From: an uncultured Bacilli bacterium
Lineage (GTDB): Bacteria; Bacillota_I; Bacilli_A; RF39; UBA660
Reading direction: 5' to 3'
NCBI GenBank assembly: GCA_947623975.1
Contig: CANQHY010000001.1
Location: 1-39,167, forward strand
Length of the DNA: 39,167 nt
Shown: positions 8,246-17,858 of the stretch, piece after piece
Numbering within the stretch: position 1 is the first letter of the stretch
How the letters are laid out: each line of letters begins with the position of its first letter
The notes under the pieces: generated by a model
Told to the model about the DNA's origin: nothing
What the model saw: only the letters and a program-made list of their open reading frames with translations
The model's database searches: none
Made by a program: the position numbers and the translations under genes

Positions 8246-8779
8246 ATGGTAAAAAGTGATGATAAAAAGAAGAAAAATCTAAAAGACACCAAAAAGAAAG
8301 CTAAAGAAGAAAAGAATAGAACTAAAAAGGTTTCCAAAGAACTAAAAAAGATTTCTAATAATAATGTGGAAACCTCGGAAAAGAAAAAAACAATTTATAT
8401 TTTTGAAACAGTTGTAGTAGTTTTATTGGCTATAATTATGTTACTACTATTATGCAATAGAACATTTTTTAGAGAAAAATACACTACTGATAAAATAGAT
8501 ATTGATATTCCTTTACTTACATTTTATGTTAAAGATAGCAATGGTGAAATCGTATTTAAAACTTTGAGAAAGTCGGAATATGTAAGACATTATTTTGATT
8601 TATATTTATCAAATTTAACTAAGTATAATTGTGGTGATAATAGTTTTTATTATGATGAACTAAAGCATGTGGCTATATATGATATATCTGTAGAAAAAAA
8701 GTTTGCAGTGAAAACTATTAAAATAAAGTATACGAATGGCGATGCTGATTGCTTGTGCGATTCTAAAATTAATTGTTAA
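8246..8779 (+). CDS. Hypothetical single-pass membrane protein (Lys-rich N-terminus, TM helix, Cys-containing ectodomain)
   Basis: RBS AGGTGATGAG. N-terminus KKKKNLKDTKKKAKEEKNRTKK, TM segment IFETVVVVLLAIIMLLLL. No recognisable family. Confidence 0.6.
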   Translation: MVKSDDKKKKNLKDTKKKAKEEKNRTKKVSKELKKISNNNVETSEKKKTIYIFETVVVVLLAIIMLLLLCNRTFFREKYTTDKIDIDIPLLTFYVKDSNGEIVFKTLRKSEYVRHYFDLYLSNLTKYNCGDNSFYYDELKHVAIYDISVEKKFAVKTIKIKYTNGDADCLCDSKINC

Positions 8780-8783
8780 AAAT

Positions 8784-8835
8784 AATTAGGTAATAATTAG
8801 TATTTTCTATTAAAATTATTACCTAATTTTTTTAT
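8784..8835 (+). terminator. Strong Rho-independent terminator
   Basis: Perfect 15-bp stem AATTAGGTAATAATT (8784-8798) / AATTATTACCTAATT (8814-8828), followed by a T-run. Confidence 0.8.
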
Positions 8836-8973
8836 TATAAATGATTAGTAATGAATAGTGTAAAGTGCCAGAAAAAAGGATTATTTATTTAAGTTATCGT
8901 TGACTATCATTCTTTCTAAATGATAATATTTTATTGTATAAAAAATATGTCGATAAGAAAGGATTTTTATAAT

Positions 8974-11900
8974 ATGAGAAAGCTTAAAAAGAAATGGATT
9001 AAAACAATTTTAGCTACTTTTACTATTACTCTGTTGACTGTAATAGGTATATCTATTGTATCTAATACATCGGCACTAGAGATAGTAAAATACGTAGAAC
9101 CAGGAGCAGGTACACTAAAAAAGGCCGTTAGTGAAGCTGAACCTGGAACTATTTTAAAATTAAGAGCTGGTTCTTATACAGGAGGTAGCGGTAGTGATAA
9201 AACCGTTATTATTGATAAAGAACTTACAATTGAAGGAGTAGGAACTAGACTAAGTTCAAATAGTAACAAGACGGTTATCGATGTTCCGATAACCGTAGCT
9301 ACTACTGATAAGGTTGTCCTATCTGGATTTGAATCTGGTAGTCAAAGCGTCGAGCCCAATTTTATTTTTATAAAAGCCGATGCTAAAGTTAACTTGGATA
9401 TAAAAGATGTTTATATTTGGGGAATACTAAGATCATCTAATGGTAGTTATCCAATTCATGATGCAATGGCTTTAAATGTTACTGATAAAGCAGATGGCTC
9501 TGTCATTAACATTACAGGAACTTCCTTTGTTAAACCTGGTGTTCACTATGGTATTTATGTTAATGCTAGCGATACTACCATAAACATTTCTAAATCTGAA
9601 ATATTAGGAAGAACTGCAATTAAATATGAAGATGGTAGCAACAATAAACTATACATAAGAGATAAATCTTTAATTATTGGACCATCAGTAAGTTATAGAG
9701 ATAATGAAACTATTGCAATAAACAAAGAGGATAGACTAACTATCGAAATAGATGATTCTACAATAAATAGTGAAATTCCTAGTGGAAATGGACCTACTAA
9801 AATGTTTTCATTTGGAACTGGTGAAAATAAGAGCACTAACGTAGTAATCGATATAAAGAATGGAAGCATAATTGCTGATAAGGATCTTCCAAATGCTAGA
9901 AGCAATAACAGTGTAATTTTTGGTTTTGCTCCTGATAATACAGCAAGTGACAACAATATTGTAAAAATTGACAATACGTCTAGTATGTATCTTTCTTTAG
10001 TTGATGGTGGTCACAATGAAATATCAAAAGATGTTTTAACATTAGAACGTAAATATAGCAAGACAGTTGGTGCTGGAGTTGTAGGTATTTATGATAGCGA
10101 AGGTAATGCTTTAATTAAACTTTATGATGGAAATACCCAAATTTCTGAACTAACTCAAAATAAATATATCGAAAAAGAAGGTAATATCTTCAAAGGTTGG
10201 TTTAGAAACTTTGATGGCAATACTTATAGTGATGAATATCAGAAAGATAATGATGTCTATCCAGCCGTTGTTAGTGGTACAAATATGGATTTGTATGCTA
10301 AGTTTGTTAAATTAATACATTTGACAATTAAAAATGTTCCTAGTGGTAGTGGAGTAGAAAATAAAGAATATATTCTAGAAGAAGGACAAACTATTGCAGA
10401 AAGCAAATATGCTGAACAAATAAGAAAAGATTTAACTAGTATTCAAAACAAAGAAGGACAAGTATTTAAGGGTTTTGTTATTTATAATGGTAATGGCTCT
10501 CTAGCGTATGATCCTTCTTATGAGGAAGAATTAATTAATTCTTTAGAAATGACACAAGATTGTAGTATTGAAGCAATACATCAAGTTTCTATTACAATAA
10601 ACGAAGAAGAGCCTTTCTATTTAGATGCTGGAAAAACACTAAATGATCTTAAAGATGATCCACGCTTTACTACTGTTAAAATGAAAAACAGTAATGGAAG
10701 AGAGTTCTCTAGGTTTGTCGATGAAAAAGGTAGAGAAGTTGGCTACGAAGATGGTATTACAGCAAATGTTAAACTTACATCTAAATATTTAAATCAGATA
10801 ACAATTGATGGTAATAATTATCCACTAGAAGAAGGACTTACTTTAAATTCTAGCGAAGAAATTAAAACAGCTCTTGAATCTATAAGTGGTGAAATAGAGG
10901 GAAGACATTTTAGTGGTTTCGTAGATAAAACTGGAAAACAAATAAATCTTGAAAAAGATAAAATAGAAGAAAGTATTGAAATCGAAGCAATATATAAAAT
11001 AAAAGTAAAATTAGTTGGTAAAAAAGATACTAAAACTTATGAAATAGTTGCTGGAAATAATTTAAAAAGCCTAAATAATGATAGTGAAATATTAAGTGCT
11101 ATGGATGATGTTTCCCAAAATATCGAAAAAGGAAAAACATTTGATGGATTTGTAGCATCTTATGATAAAGATTCTAGTAATATTATATTTGATAGAACAA
11201 AAGAAAAAGATAAAGAAATATTAAAACAGGAATTACTATTACAAAATCTTTTATACGATACGACAATTTATGCAAGATACAACATAGTACTAACAATAGG
11301 TGATGAAGAATTTGAACTTGAAGCAGGAGAAACTATAGAAAAAGCTATTTTAAATAGTGGTAATAATGAATTAAAAGAACGTTACAATGCTGCTAAATAT
11401 AATAAAAAAGAAGAAAATAGATTTTCTAGATTTGTTGATGAAGAAGGAAATGAAATAAAAGAGACAGACGAGATTGAAAAATCTATGACTTTAACTCCTA
11501 AATATTTAGTATTCATTACAATTGAAGACGAAAGAGAAAATGTAGGAGGAGTATACAGCTTAGAAGAAGGAAATAGTATTAACGATTTTACAGATGAAAG
11601 AGCAAATAGAGCTTTAGAAACGTTAAGACTTGATATAGTATCAGATCAAGATGAAAATGGTGAAAACTTACATTTTGACAAAATAGTAGATGAAAAAGGA
11701 AATGATATAGAATTAGATTCTATTACTAAAGATATTACAATTAAAGCTCTTTATCATTATGATGTAAGTATTGTCGAAGATTATGATAATCCTATTTATG
11801 GTGATAGCGAGATTCATGAAGGTACTAAAGGATTAAAAGCTTATCGTAACGAAACATTGCGATCTAATGAACAAAAAATAAAAGAGGCTCTAAAATTATT

Positions 11901-13812
11901 AAAAGATTCTGCAAATAACGAAGAAAAAAATAGAAAATTTTACTCTTATATTGAGACTAATACTAATAGAGAATTCATGGAAAATGAATTAGATGAACTT
12001 TTAGATACCAAATTTAATACTCATTTATACATTAATGCTAAAGTATCTTACAAAGTAAAAGTAGGAACTGTTGATTACTATGTAGTAGAAGGAAAAAAGA
12101 TTAAAGAAAGTGGTAATAGTGAGCTTCTTACAGCAATAGAAAACTTAAAAAATGTACCAGGAAAAGTAATTAATAAATTTTTAGTTAATGGCAAAGAAAT
12201 GACTATGGATGAGGTTTCTAATCTTGTTGTTAGCGAGTATGTTGAAATAACTGCTAAATATGGTGTTGAGGTTAAAATTGGTAGTGAAACCTTTACCATT
12301 GAAGAAGGAAAAACACTAGCAGATTATGAAAATCAAGATGCTATTGATGAGGCACTTAATGCTTTAAAGCAACAAGTTATTGACGATGGTTATAATTTCA
12401 AAGGATTCTACTATACTGATGGAGAAAGTAACCTTGATTTTAGTAAAGATGACACTGTAATAGTTAAAAATACGACTATTGGAGCAAGGTACAATATCGA
12501 GATAACTATCGAAGGAGAAACAACTAAAAAATTTGAAATTGAAGCGGGCGAGACACTAGCAGATATTAAAAAGAATAATGAGAGTGATTACAATTTAGTT
12601 CAAACAAAAGAAGATAGAACTTTCTTACATTTTGTAACAGAAGATAAAACAATACTTGAAAGTGACGATACATCTTATAAATTTAATAAAAATACTAAAT
12701 TAACTGCAATTTTTGCTGTCACTGTCAAAATTAGTGAAAAAGATTATTATCTTGAAGAAGGTAAAAAATTATCTAGTGATACCAAGATAATTGAATCATT
12801 AGGAAAGCTAGAGCGAGAAGATATGCGTCTTGTTGGAGTAGTAACTGATAAAGATGATACTTTAATTACCTTAGAGTCAATTAATAATAAAGAGGACGAA
12901 GAAATTAATGACAATATTGTCTTAACTCCTAAGTACGTTGTTGACGTGGAAATTGTGGGCAATGAAACTTATAAGGAAACAGTTGACTTAGATACACTTG
13001 TAAAAGATTTGAAATATCAAAAACCTGATAAATTCATAAGATTTGTTGATTATGAAACAAACGCTACTGTTAATGATGATGATAAACTTACAAAACATAC
13101 AAAATTGAAAGCTATTTATGGAATTGAGGTAACTATAAATGGAAATCCATATTATTTAGAAGCTTTCCAAACATTCGGTGATTTAAAGGATGCTGAAGAA
13201 GATCTAGAGGCAATGAAAAAAGTCCCTGAAGGTAGAATATCATTTAAGAGATTTGTCTTTGTTGACGATGGTGTAGAAATAGAGCTTAACAAAGATACTG
13301 TTCTTACTAAAGATATCGTAGTAGTTAGTAAGTTTACAATAGAAATTAATGTAGTTTATAAAAATGATGATGGAAAGTATAAAGATATTGTCAGTGTAGA
13401 ATTAGAAGAGGGAAGAACAATTGGAGATTTATCTAGTGAGGAATTAGAAAAATTAAATAATAAATTAAGAGAGTTAGAAAAACAAGCAGAGCAAGAAGGA
13501 AAGAAAGATTATAAATTCTCTAAATTTATCAAAGAAGATGGTTCGGAAATTGATACTAAGACAACAGAATTTAATTCTAGTTCGACAATAGAAGCAGTAT
13601 TCGAGTACAAAAAAGAACCAACACCAATAGAGCCAAATGACCCTGATGCTGAACATGGAAATAATACACCAAATACAGGTGTTGAACAGGTTAAAAAAGT
13701 AAATAATTATACTTTTGTATTCCCAATTCTTCTTGTCTTAATAATAGTAATATGTGCCTTAGTAATTGGATACAAAAAATATTCTGCAAAGAATAGAAAA
13801 GAAGAATTTTAA
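8974..13812 (+). CDS. Giant cell-surface protein: signal peptide, right-handed beta-helix-like head, ~14 Flg_new-like repeats, xPxTG-type wall/membrane anchor
   Basis: The tracked ORF opens at 8920, but ATG 8974 gives a proper signal peptide (MRKLKKKWIKTILATFTITLLTVIGISIVSNTSA). The head contains GTILKLRAGSYTGG. One canonical repeat reads NIFKGWF...LYAKF. C-terminus: TPNTG (13666-13680), hydrophobic FVFPILLVLIIVICALVIGY, then KKYSAKNRK. Confidence 0.85.
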   Translation: MRKLKKKWIKTILATFTITLLTVIGISIVSNTSALEIVKYVEPGAGTLKKAVSEAEPGTILKLRAGSYTGGSGSDKTVIIDKELTIEGVGTRLSSNSNKTVIDVPITVATTDKVVLSGFESGSQSVEPNFIFIKADAKVNLDIKDVYIWGILRSSNGSYPIHDAMALNVTDKADGSVINITGTSFVKPGVHYGIYVNASDTTINISKSEILGRTAIKYEDGSNNKLYIRDKSLIIGPSVSYRDNETIAINKEDRLTIEIDDSTINSEIPSGNGPTKMFSFGTGENKSTNVVIDIKNGSIIADKDLPNARSNNSVIFGFAPDNTASDNNIVKIDNTSSMYLSLVDGGHNEISKDVLTLERKYSKTVGAGVVGIYDSEGNALIKLYDGNTQISELTQNKYIEKEGNIFKGWFRNFDGNTYSDEYQKDNDVYPAVVSGTNMDLYAKFVKLIHLTIKNVPSGSGVENKEYILEEGQTIAESKYAEQIRKDLTSIQNKEGQVFKGFVIYNGNGSLAYDPSYEEELINSLEMTQDCSIEAIHQVSITINEEEPFYLDAGKTLNDLKDDPRFTTVKMKNSNGREFSRFVDEKGREVGYEDGITANVKLTSKYLNQITIDGNNYPLEEGLTLNSSEEIKTALESISGEIEGRHFSGFVDKTGKQINLEKDKIEESIEIEAIYKIKVKLVGKKDTKTYEIVAGNNLKSLNNDSEILSAMDDVSQNIEKGKTFDGFVASYDKDSSNIIFDRTKEKDKEILKQELLLQNLLYDTTIYARYNIVLTIGDEEFELEAGETIEKAILNSGNNELKERYNAAKYNKKEENRFSRFVDEEGNEIKETDEIEKSMTLTPKYLVFITIEDERENVGGVYSLEEGNSINDFTDERANRALETLRLDIVSDQDENGENLHFDKIVDEKGNDIELDSITKDITIKALYHYDVSIVEDYDNPIYGDSEIHEGTKGLKAYRNETLRSNEQKIKEALKLLKDSANNEEKNRKFYSYIETNTNREFMENELDELLDTKFNTHLYINAKVSYKVKVGTVDYYVVEGKKIKESGNSELLTAIENLKNVPGKVINKFLVNGKEMTMDEVSNLVVSEYVEITAKYGVEVKIGSETFTIEEGKTLADYENQDAIDEALNALKQQVIDDGYNFKGFYYTDGESNLDFSKDDTVIVKNTTIGARYNIEITIEGETTKKFEIEAGETLADIKKNNESDYNLVQTKEDRTFLHFVTEDKTILESDDTSYKFNKNTKLTAIFAVTVKISEKDYYLEEGKKLSSDTKIIESLGKLEREDMRLVGVVTDKDDTLITLESINNKEDEEINDNIVLTPKYVVDVEIVGNETYKETVDLDTLVKDLKYQKPDKFIRFVDYETNATVNDDDKLTKHTKLKAIYGIEVTINGNPYYLEAFQTFGDLKDAEEDLEAMKKVPEGRISFKRFVFVDDGVEIELNKDTVLTKDIVVVSKFTIEINVVYKNDDGKYKDIVSVELEEGRTIGDLSSEELEKLNNKLRELEKQAEQEGKKDYKFSKFIKEDGSEIDTKTTEFNSSSTIEAVFEYKKEPTPIEPNDPDAEHGNNTPNTGVEQVKKVNNYTFVFPILLVLIIVICALVIGYKKYSAKNRKEEF
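10300..13610 (+). repeat. About 14 tandem, highly diverged 60-95-aa protein repeats (Listeria-Bacteroides / Flg_new-like)
   Basis: Recurrent pattern [VI]x[VI]x[VI]...Y.LEEG.T(L/I)...F(S/K)(R/G)FVDE.G.EI...(L/I)...(K/R)Y. Examples: FSRFVDEKGREV, FSGFVDKTGKQI, FSRFVDEEGNEI, FIRFVDYETNATV, FKRFVFVDDGVEI, FSKFIKEDGSEI. Confidence 0.75.
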
Positions 13813-13833
13813 TTATTTTAAGTTTTAAAAATC

Positions 13834-13870
13834 AAAAGAGTGATGAAGAAAATATCACTCTTTTAATTTC
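13834..13870 (+). terminator. Rho-independent terminator
   Basis: AAAAGAGTGAT (13834-13844) pairs with ATCACTCTTTT (13854-13864), with a 9-nt loop. Confidence 0.7.
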
Positions 13871-13965
13871 TAAAAAAATTATATTTCTATCTTTAATATT
13901 TAATGATTTCTTAGTAAAATTATTTATAGGTTGATAATTTTAATTTATATAGAAAGGATTTTATT

Positions 13966-15078
13966 ATGATTTCGTACTATTTAATGATGGTGTTATTATA
14001 TTCTCCAGTAGGACTTTACTATTATTATTTTTTTAAAAGGTTTTATACTCTTTTTAAAAAAGAAATAACTAAATATGAAAAAATACTTTTTGCACTAATA
14101 GCACTAATAATAACTGTATTAGGTTGCTATCCTTTTGGAGTATGGATAGTAATATTTACCCATTTCTTTGTTTTCTCTTTAATTGTCGACTTTTATTGCC
14201 TACTTGAAAAGAAAATAAGAAATAAGAACAATAAAAAAATAGAAATATTACAAAAAAGTGGAATAATTCCATTTGCGACAACAATATTAATTTTAATATT
14301 AGCTTATTTTAATATGACTAATGTTGTAGTAAAAGAATATGAAATAAAAACTAACAAAGATATTAGTTCTGATTATCGAATAGTATTTCTATCAGATTTA
14401 CATTATCCAACTACTATGAATAAAGAAAAATTGGAAAAATATGTAAAAGAAATATCCCGTTTAAAGGCTGATTTTATTATACTTGGTGGTGACATAACTG
14501 ATGAAAATACAACAAAAAAGGAAATGAATGACGTTTACGATACTTTAGGTAATATTGAAAGTAAATATGGTATATTTTTTGTCTATGGAAACCACGATAA
14601 AGCAAAATATAATAGTAAAGAAAGAAAATATACTGAAGAAGAATTGGCAAAAACTTTAGAAGAAGAAAATATTATTGCCTTAATCGATGATTATTATATT
14701 ATTAATGACGATATAATTTTAATAGGAAGAGATGATACTGATTTTCCACTTTCAAAAAGAAGAAAAGATAGTAGTGAACTAATAGATAATTTAGATAAAG
14801 ATAAATTCTTGTTGTTAATAGATCACCATCCAAATGATTTATATGTAAATAATACTTTAGGATATGATTTACAATTATCAGGTCATACTCATGGTGGACA
14901 AATATTTCCAACAGGATTATTAGAGCAGTTATTCGATAGTAAAAAATTGATATATGGATATCGAAGGATAGATGATTTATCTGTTATAGTAACATCAGGA
15001 ATGGGAGGTTGGGCTTATCCTTTCAGAACTGGTAATAATTCCGAATATTTATTAGTTACAATTAAGAAAAGTGAATAA
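13966..15078 (+). CDS. Membrane-bound metallophosphoesterase (calcineurin-like, YkuE-type)
   Basis: About 4 N-terminal TM helices, then the motifs LSDLHY, GGDITD, GNHD and GHTHGGQ. Confidence 0.85.
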   Translation: MISYYLMMVLLYSPVGLYYYYFFKRFYTLFKKEITKYEKILFALIALIITVLGCYPFGVWIVIFTHFFVFSLIVDFYCLLEKKIRNKNNKKIEILQKSGIIPFATTILILILAYFNMTNVVVKEYEIKTNKDISSDYRIVFLSDLHYPTTMNKEKLEKYVKEISRLKADFIILGGDITDENTTKKEMNDVYDTLGNIESKYGIFFVYGNHDKAKYNSKERKYTEEELAKTLEEENIIALIDDYYIINDDIILIGRDDTDFPLSKRRKDSSELIDNLDKDKFLLLIDHHPNDLYVNNTLGYDLQLSGHTHGGQIFPTGLLEQLFDSKKLIYGYRRIDDLSVIVTSGMGGWAYPFRTGNNSEYLLVTIKKSE

Positions 15079-15236
15079 TTTTAAATATTTCTTTTCTTTT
15101 TATTAAAATTAATTCTTTTTTTTACATAATAAAATATAATTAATATGTAATTTACAGTATTTTTATAAATTACTTAAAAAAAGTAGAAAATATCAAGCAT
15201 TTATAGTATAATTAAACAAGCTTAGGGAGTGAAAAA

Positions 15237-16214
15237 ATGGGAATTTTATTATTAACAAAATCAGTTTTTGCAATAATGATTGGATTCTTAGCAGCAATAG
15301 TATTTGGTCTTATATTAATTCCAATATTAAAAAAACATCATATTGGGCAAAGAATTAGTATTTTTGTTGGTGAAAATCATAAGAAAAAAGAAGGAACTCC
15401 TACTATGGGAGGACTTATCTTTGTGCTTCCGACACTTCTTGCAACGTTTTTTCTTTTAATAACTGATAAAATAGAACTGACTGCTAATCTAATAATAATT
15501 TTATTTGTTTTTACAGGATATGCGATAATTGGTTTCTTAGATGATTTTTTGAGTATTAAAAAGAAAAATAATGAAGGTCTTACGACTTATCAAAAATTAT
15601 TTTTACAACTTATAATAGCTTTAGTGTTCTTTTATTTGTATATGGAAAAGGGTGGACAGACTGCTCTTATAGTGGGAACTCTTGGTATAAATATTGAAAT
15701 GGGTTGGTTTTATGGTGTATTCCTTCTTTTCATCTTAATAGGTGCAAGTAATGCTGTAAATTTGACTGATGGACTAGATGGTCTTGCTGGAGGACTTTCA
15801 GCAATAGCCTTTAGTCTTATTTCATTGGCAGCAGGATTTGAAGAGGTTGGAATATTTAGCTTTATTTTAACAGGGGCTCTTCTTGGCTTTTTAATCTTTA
15901 ATACGCATCCTGCTAAAGTATTTATGGGAGATACTGGTTCTTTATCACTTGGGGCTGTAATGGCTGTTGTTGCCATATTAACACATAGAGAAATAACTCT
16001 TTTAATAGTGGCAAGCGTGTTTGTGATAGAGACATTGAGTGTAATATTACAAGTGTTTTGGGTAAAAGTCTTTAAAAAGAAATTATTTTTAATGACACCG
16101 CTACATCATCATTTTGAAAAATTAGGATGGGCAGAAACAGATATAGTTAAATTATTTTGGGTAGTTGGACTTATACTTACAATGGCTGGAATATTCTTTG
16201 GTGTTTGGCTATAA
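15237..16214 (+). CDS. mraY: Phospho-N-acetylmuramoyl-pentapeptide transferase
   Basis: RBS GGGAGTG. Motifs GTPTMGG, DDFLSIKKKNNEGL, NAVNLTDGLDGLA, FMGDTGSLSLGA and TPLHHHFE. The protein is 325 aa and polytopic. Confidence 0.92.
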   Translation: MGILLLTKSVFAIMIGFLAAIVFGLILIPILKKHHIGQRISIFVGENHKKKEGTPTMGGLIFVLPTLLATFFLLITDKIELTANLIIILFVFTGYAIIGFLDDFLSIKKKNNEGLTTYQKLFLQLIIALVFFYLYMEKGGQTALIVGTLGINIEMGWFYGVFLLFILIGASNAVNLTDGLDGLAGGLSAIAFSLISLAAGFEEVGIFSFILTGALLGFLIFNTHPAKVFMGDTGSLSLGAVMAVVAILTHREITLLIVASVFVIETLSVILQVFWVKVFKKKLFLMTPLHHHFEKLGWAETDIVKLFWVVGLILTMAGIFFGVWL

Positions 16215-16286
16215 AAAGAAAAAATAATTAAAAATTCAGAGTTAGAAAGATAATTATATTTGAAAAAGGTGATAGATACAGATATG

Positions 16287-16321
16287 AACCCCGTTTCTTG
16301 GACATAGAAACGAGGTTTTTA
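16287..16321 (+). terminator. Rho-independent terminator downstream of mraY
   Basis: AACCCCGTTTCT (16287-16298) pairs with AGAAACGAGGTT (16306-16317) with one mismatch and a 7-nt loop, followed by a T-run. Confidence 0.65.
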
Positions 16322-16680
16322 TATGAGTAAATTAAGCTATGAATATAAAATAATTTTGTATAATGGTAAAAAATGGTAATGAATCTGAAATTTCTTGCAT
16401 CAAATTGAAACTTAAGACGAATTGATGCAAATATTGTATAATCGATGCTATTGGTATTGAAAAAATGCTTGGAAAAATTCAATAAATTTAATGATTATAA
16501 TACTCTTATTTTGTATTGCTTTTTTTCATAATTTGCTATATAATTAACGAGAAAGTGGGGGTTGTGTTTAATTTTAATTAGGTGCATAAATTATTATAAA
16601 GAATGCTTATGGTTTAATAATTGTAGAGTCTTGGTCTAGATTAATATAAATCAATCTTTTTTTAGGGAGTTTTAGAAGGA

Positions 16681-17355
16681 GTGGTTACGGTGTATAGAAT
16701 AATAAAAAGAATAATTGATTTCGTAATGGCATTAATATTAATAATAGTTTGTTCTCCAATAATGTTAATTGTAGCAATAGCAATTAAAATAGATAGTAGG
16801 GGACCTGTTTTATTTATTCAGCCAAGAAGCGGTAAAAACGGAAAAGTATTTAATCTTTATAAATTTAGAAGTATGGCAAAAGATAACAATGTGCATGATT
16901 TTAAAGAAGAAAACAAAGTAACTAAAGTAGGAAATTTTATTAGAAAGACAAGTTTGGATGAAATTCCACAGTTATTTAATATATTAAAGGGGGAGATGTC
17001 TTTTATTGGCCCTCGTCCTTGGATAACTGATTATGAAATATATTTTACAGAAAATCAGAAAAGAAGACTAGAAGTGTTACCTGGCATAACAGGACTTGCA
17101 CAAGCTAGTGGTAGAAATGATATAAGTATAAAAGAAAAAATAAATTTAGATATTTATTATGTAGATCATCTTTCGTTTTTAATGGATGTTAAAGTTTTGA
17201 TTGGAACAGTAAAAACAGTTTTGTCTAGAAAAGGATCAGACCTTTCTAAAACAGGGATTCAAAATGAACTTGAAGAATTAAAAGGACAATGGAAAAATAA
17301 CAAGAGTAAGAAAAATATTGATAATAAATCAAAGGAAGATATGCAATACATTTGA
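16681..17355 (+). CDS. Undecaprenyl-phosphate sugar phosphotransferase (small monotopic PglC/CapM-type priming transferase)
   Basis: IIKRIIDFVMALILIIVCSPIMLIVAIAIKIDSRGPVLFIQPRSGKNGKVFNLYKFRSM...DEIPQLFNILKGEMSFIGPRP. AAGGAG (16676-16681) overlaps the tracked GTG, so GTG at 16690 is the likelier start. Confidence 0.9.
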   Translation: MVTVYRIIKRIIDFVMALILIIVCSPIMLIVAIAIKIDSRGPVLFIQPRSGKNGKVFNLYKFRSMAKDNNVHDFKEENKVTKVGNFIRKTSLDEIPQLFNILKGEMSFIGPRPWITDYEIYFTENQKRRLEVLPGITGLAQASGRNDISIKEKINLDIYYVDHLSFLMDVKVLIGTVKTVLSRKGSDLSKTGIQNELEELKGQWKNNKSKKNIDNKSKEDMQYI

Positions 17356-17858
17356 AATATAATTAGGATCTAATACCAAAAATAAATAAATAAATCCTTT
17401 GTTATGGTTTGTTTATTTTTTATATAATGTAGATAACCTAATAATAACGGAAAAATCGATGTAAAAGTTGTAGCTTGTTATGATAAGAAATTTGTGATGT
17501 ACTTTTAGTTGTATGATTTTAAATAATGTTCGATTTATTTTTTATAAGATTATTTATTTAAAAAGATTCGAGTTTTATTTTTCATAACTTATCAAGACAT
17601 TTACAATAATAGATATTAGAAATAAAGAATAAATAATATTTGAAAAAAATTGTAATACATTACCATGGAGTATGTTTTGCGTTGGAGTAATGGAAATTTA
17701 TAAATTAATGTCAGTAATTATATAACTCTTTAGGAATCTATAAGTCACGAAATAATTTTAGTAATGAATCCCTTACGTTAAATACAAAGAATTGTGAATT
17801 TGTTAATTGAATTATAGATTATTTGCATTAATTTTTACTATAAAGAAATGAGGATTTT

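Noticed and set aside
9693-13656. Minus-strand ORFs inside the giant surface-protein gene (9693-9974, 12078-12299, 12747-12962, 13474-13656)
   Set aside because: They are antisense to a continuous 4.8-kb reading frame and have no start context or recognisable motifs.
16228-16482. ORF 16228-16482 (-), 84 aa, in the mraY/glycan intergenic region
   Set aside because: It has no RBS and an Ile/Phe/Tyr/Asn-rich product. It spans the mraY terminator and promoter-like boxes and is better explained as non-coding leader DNA.
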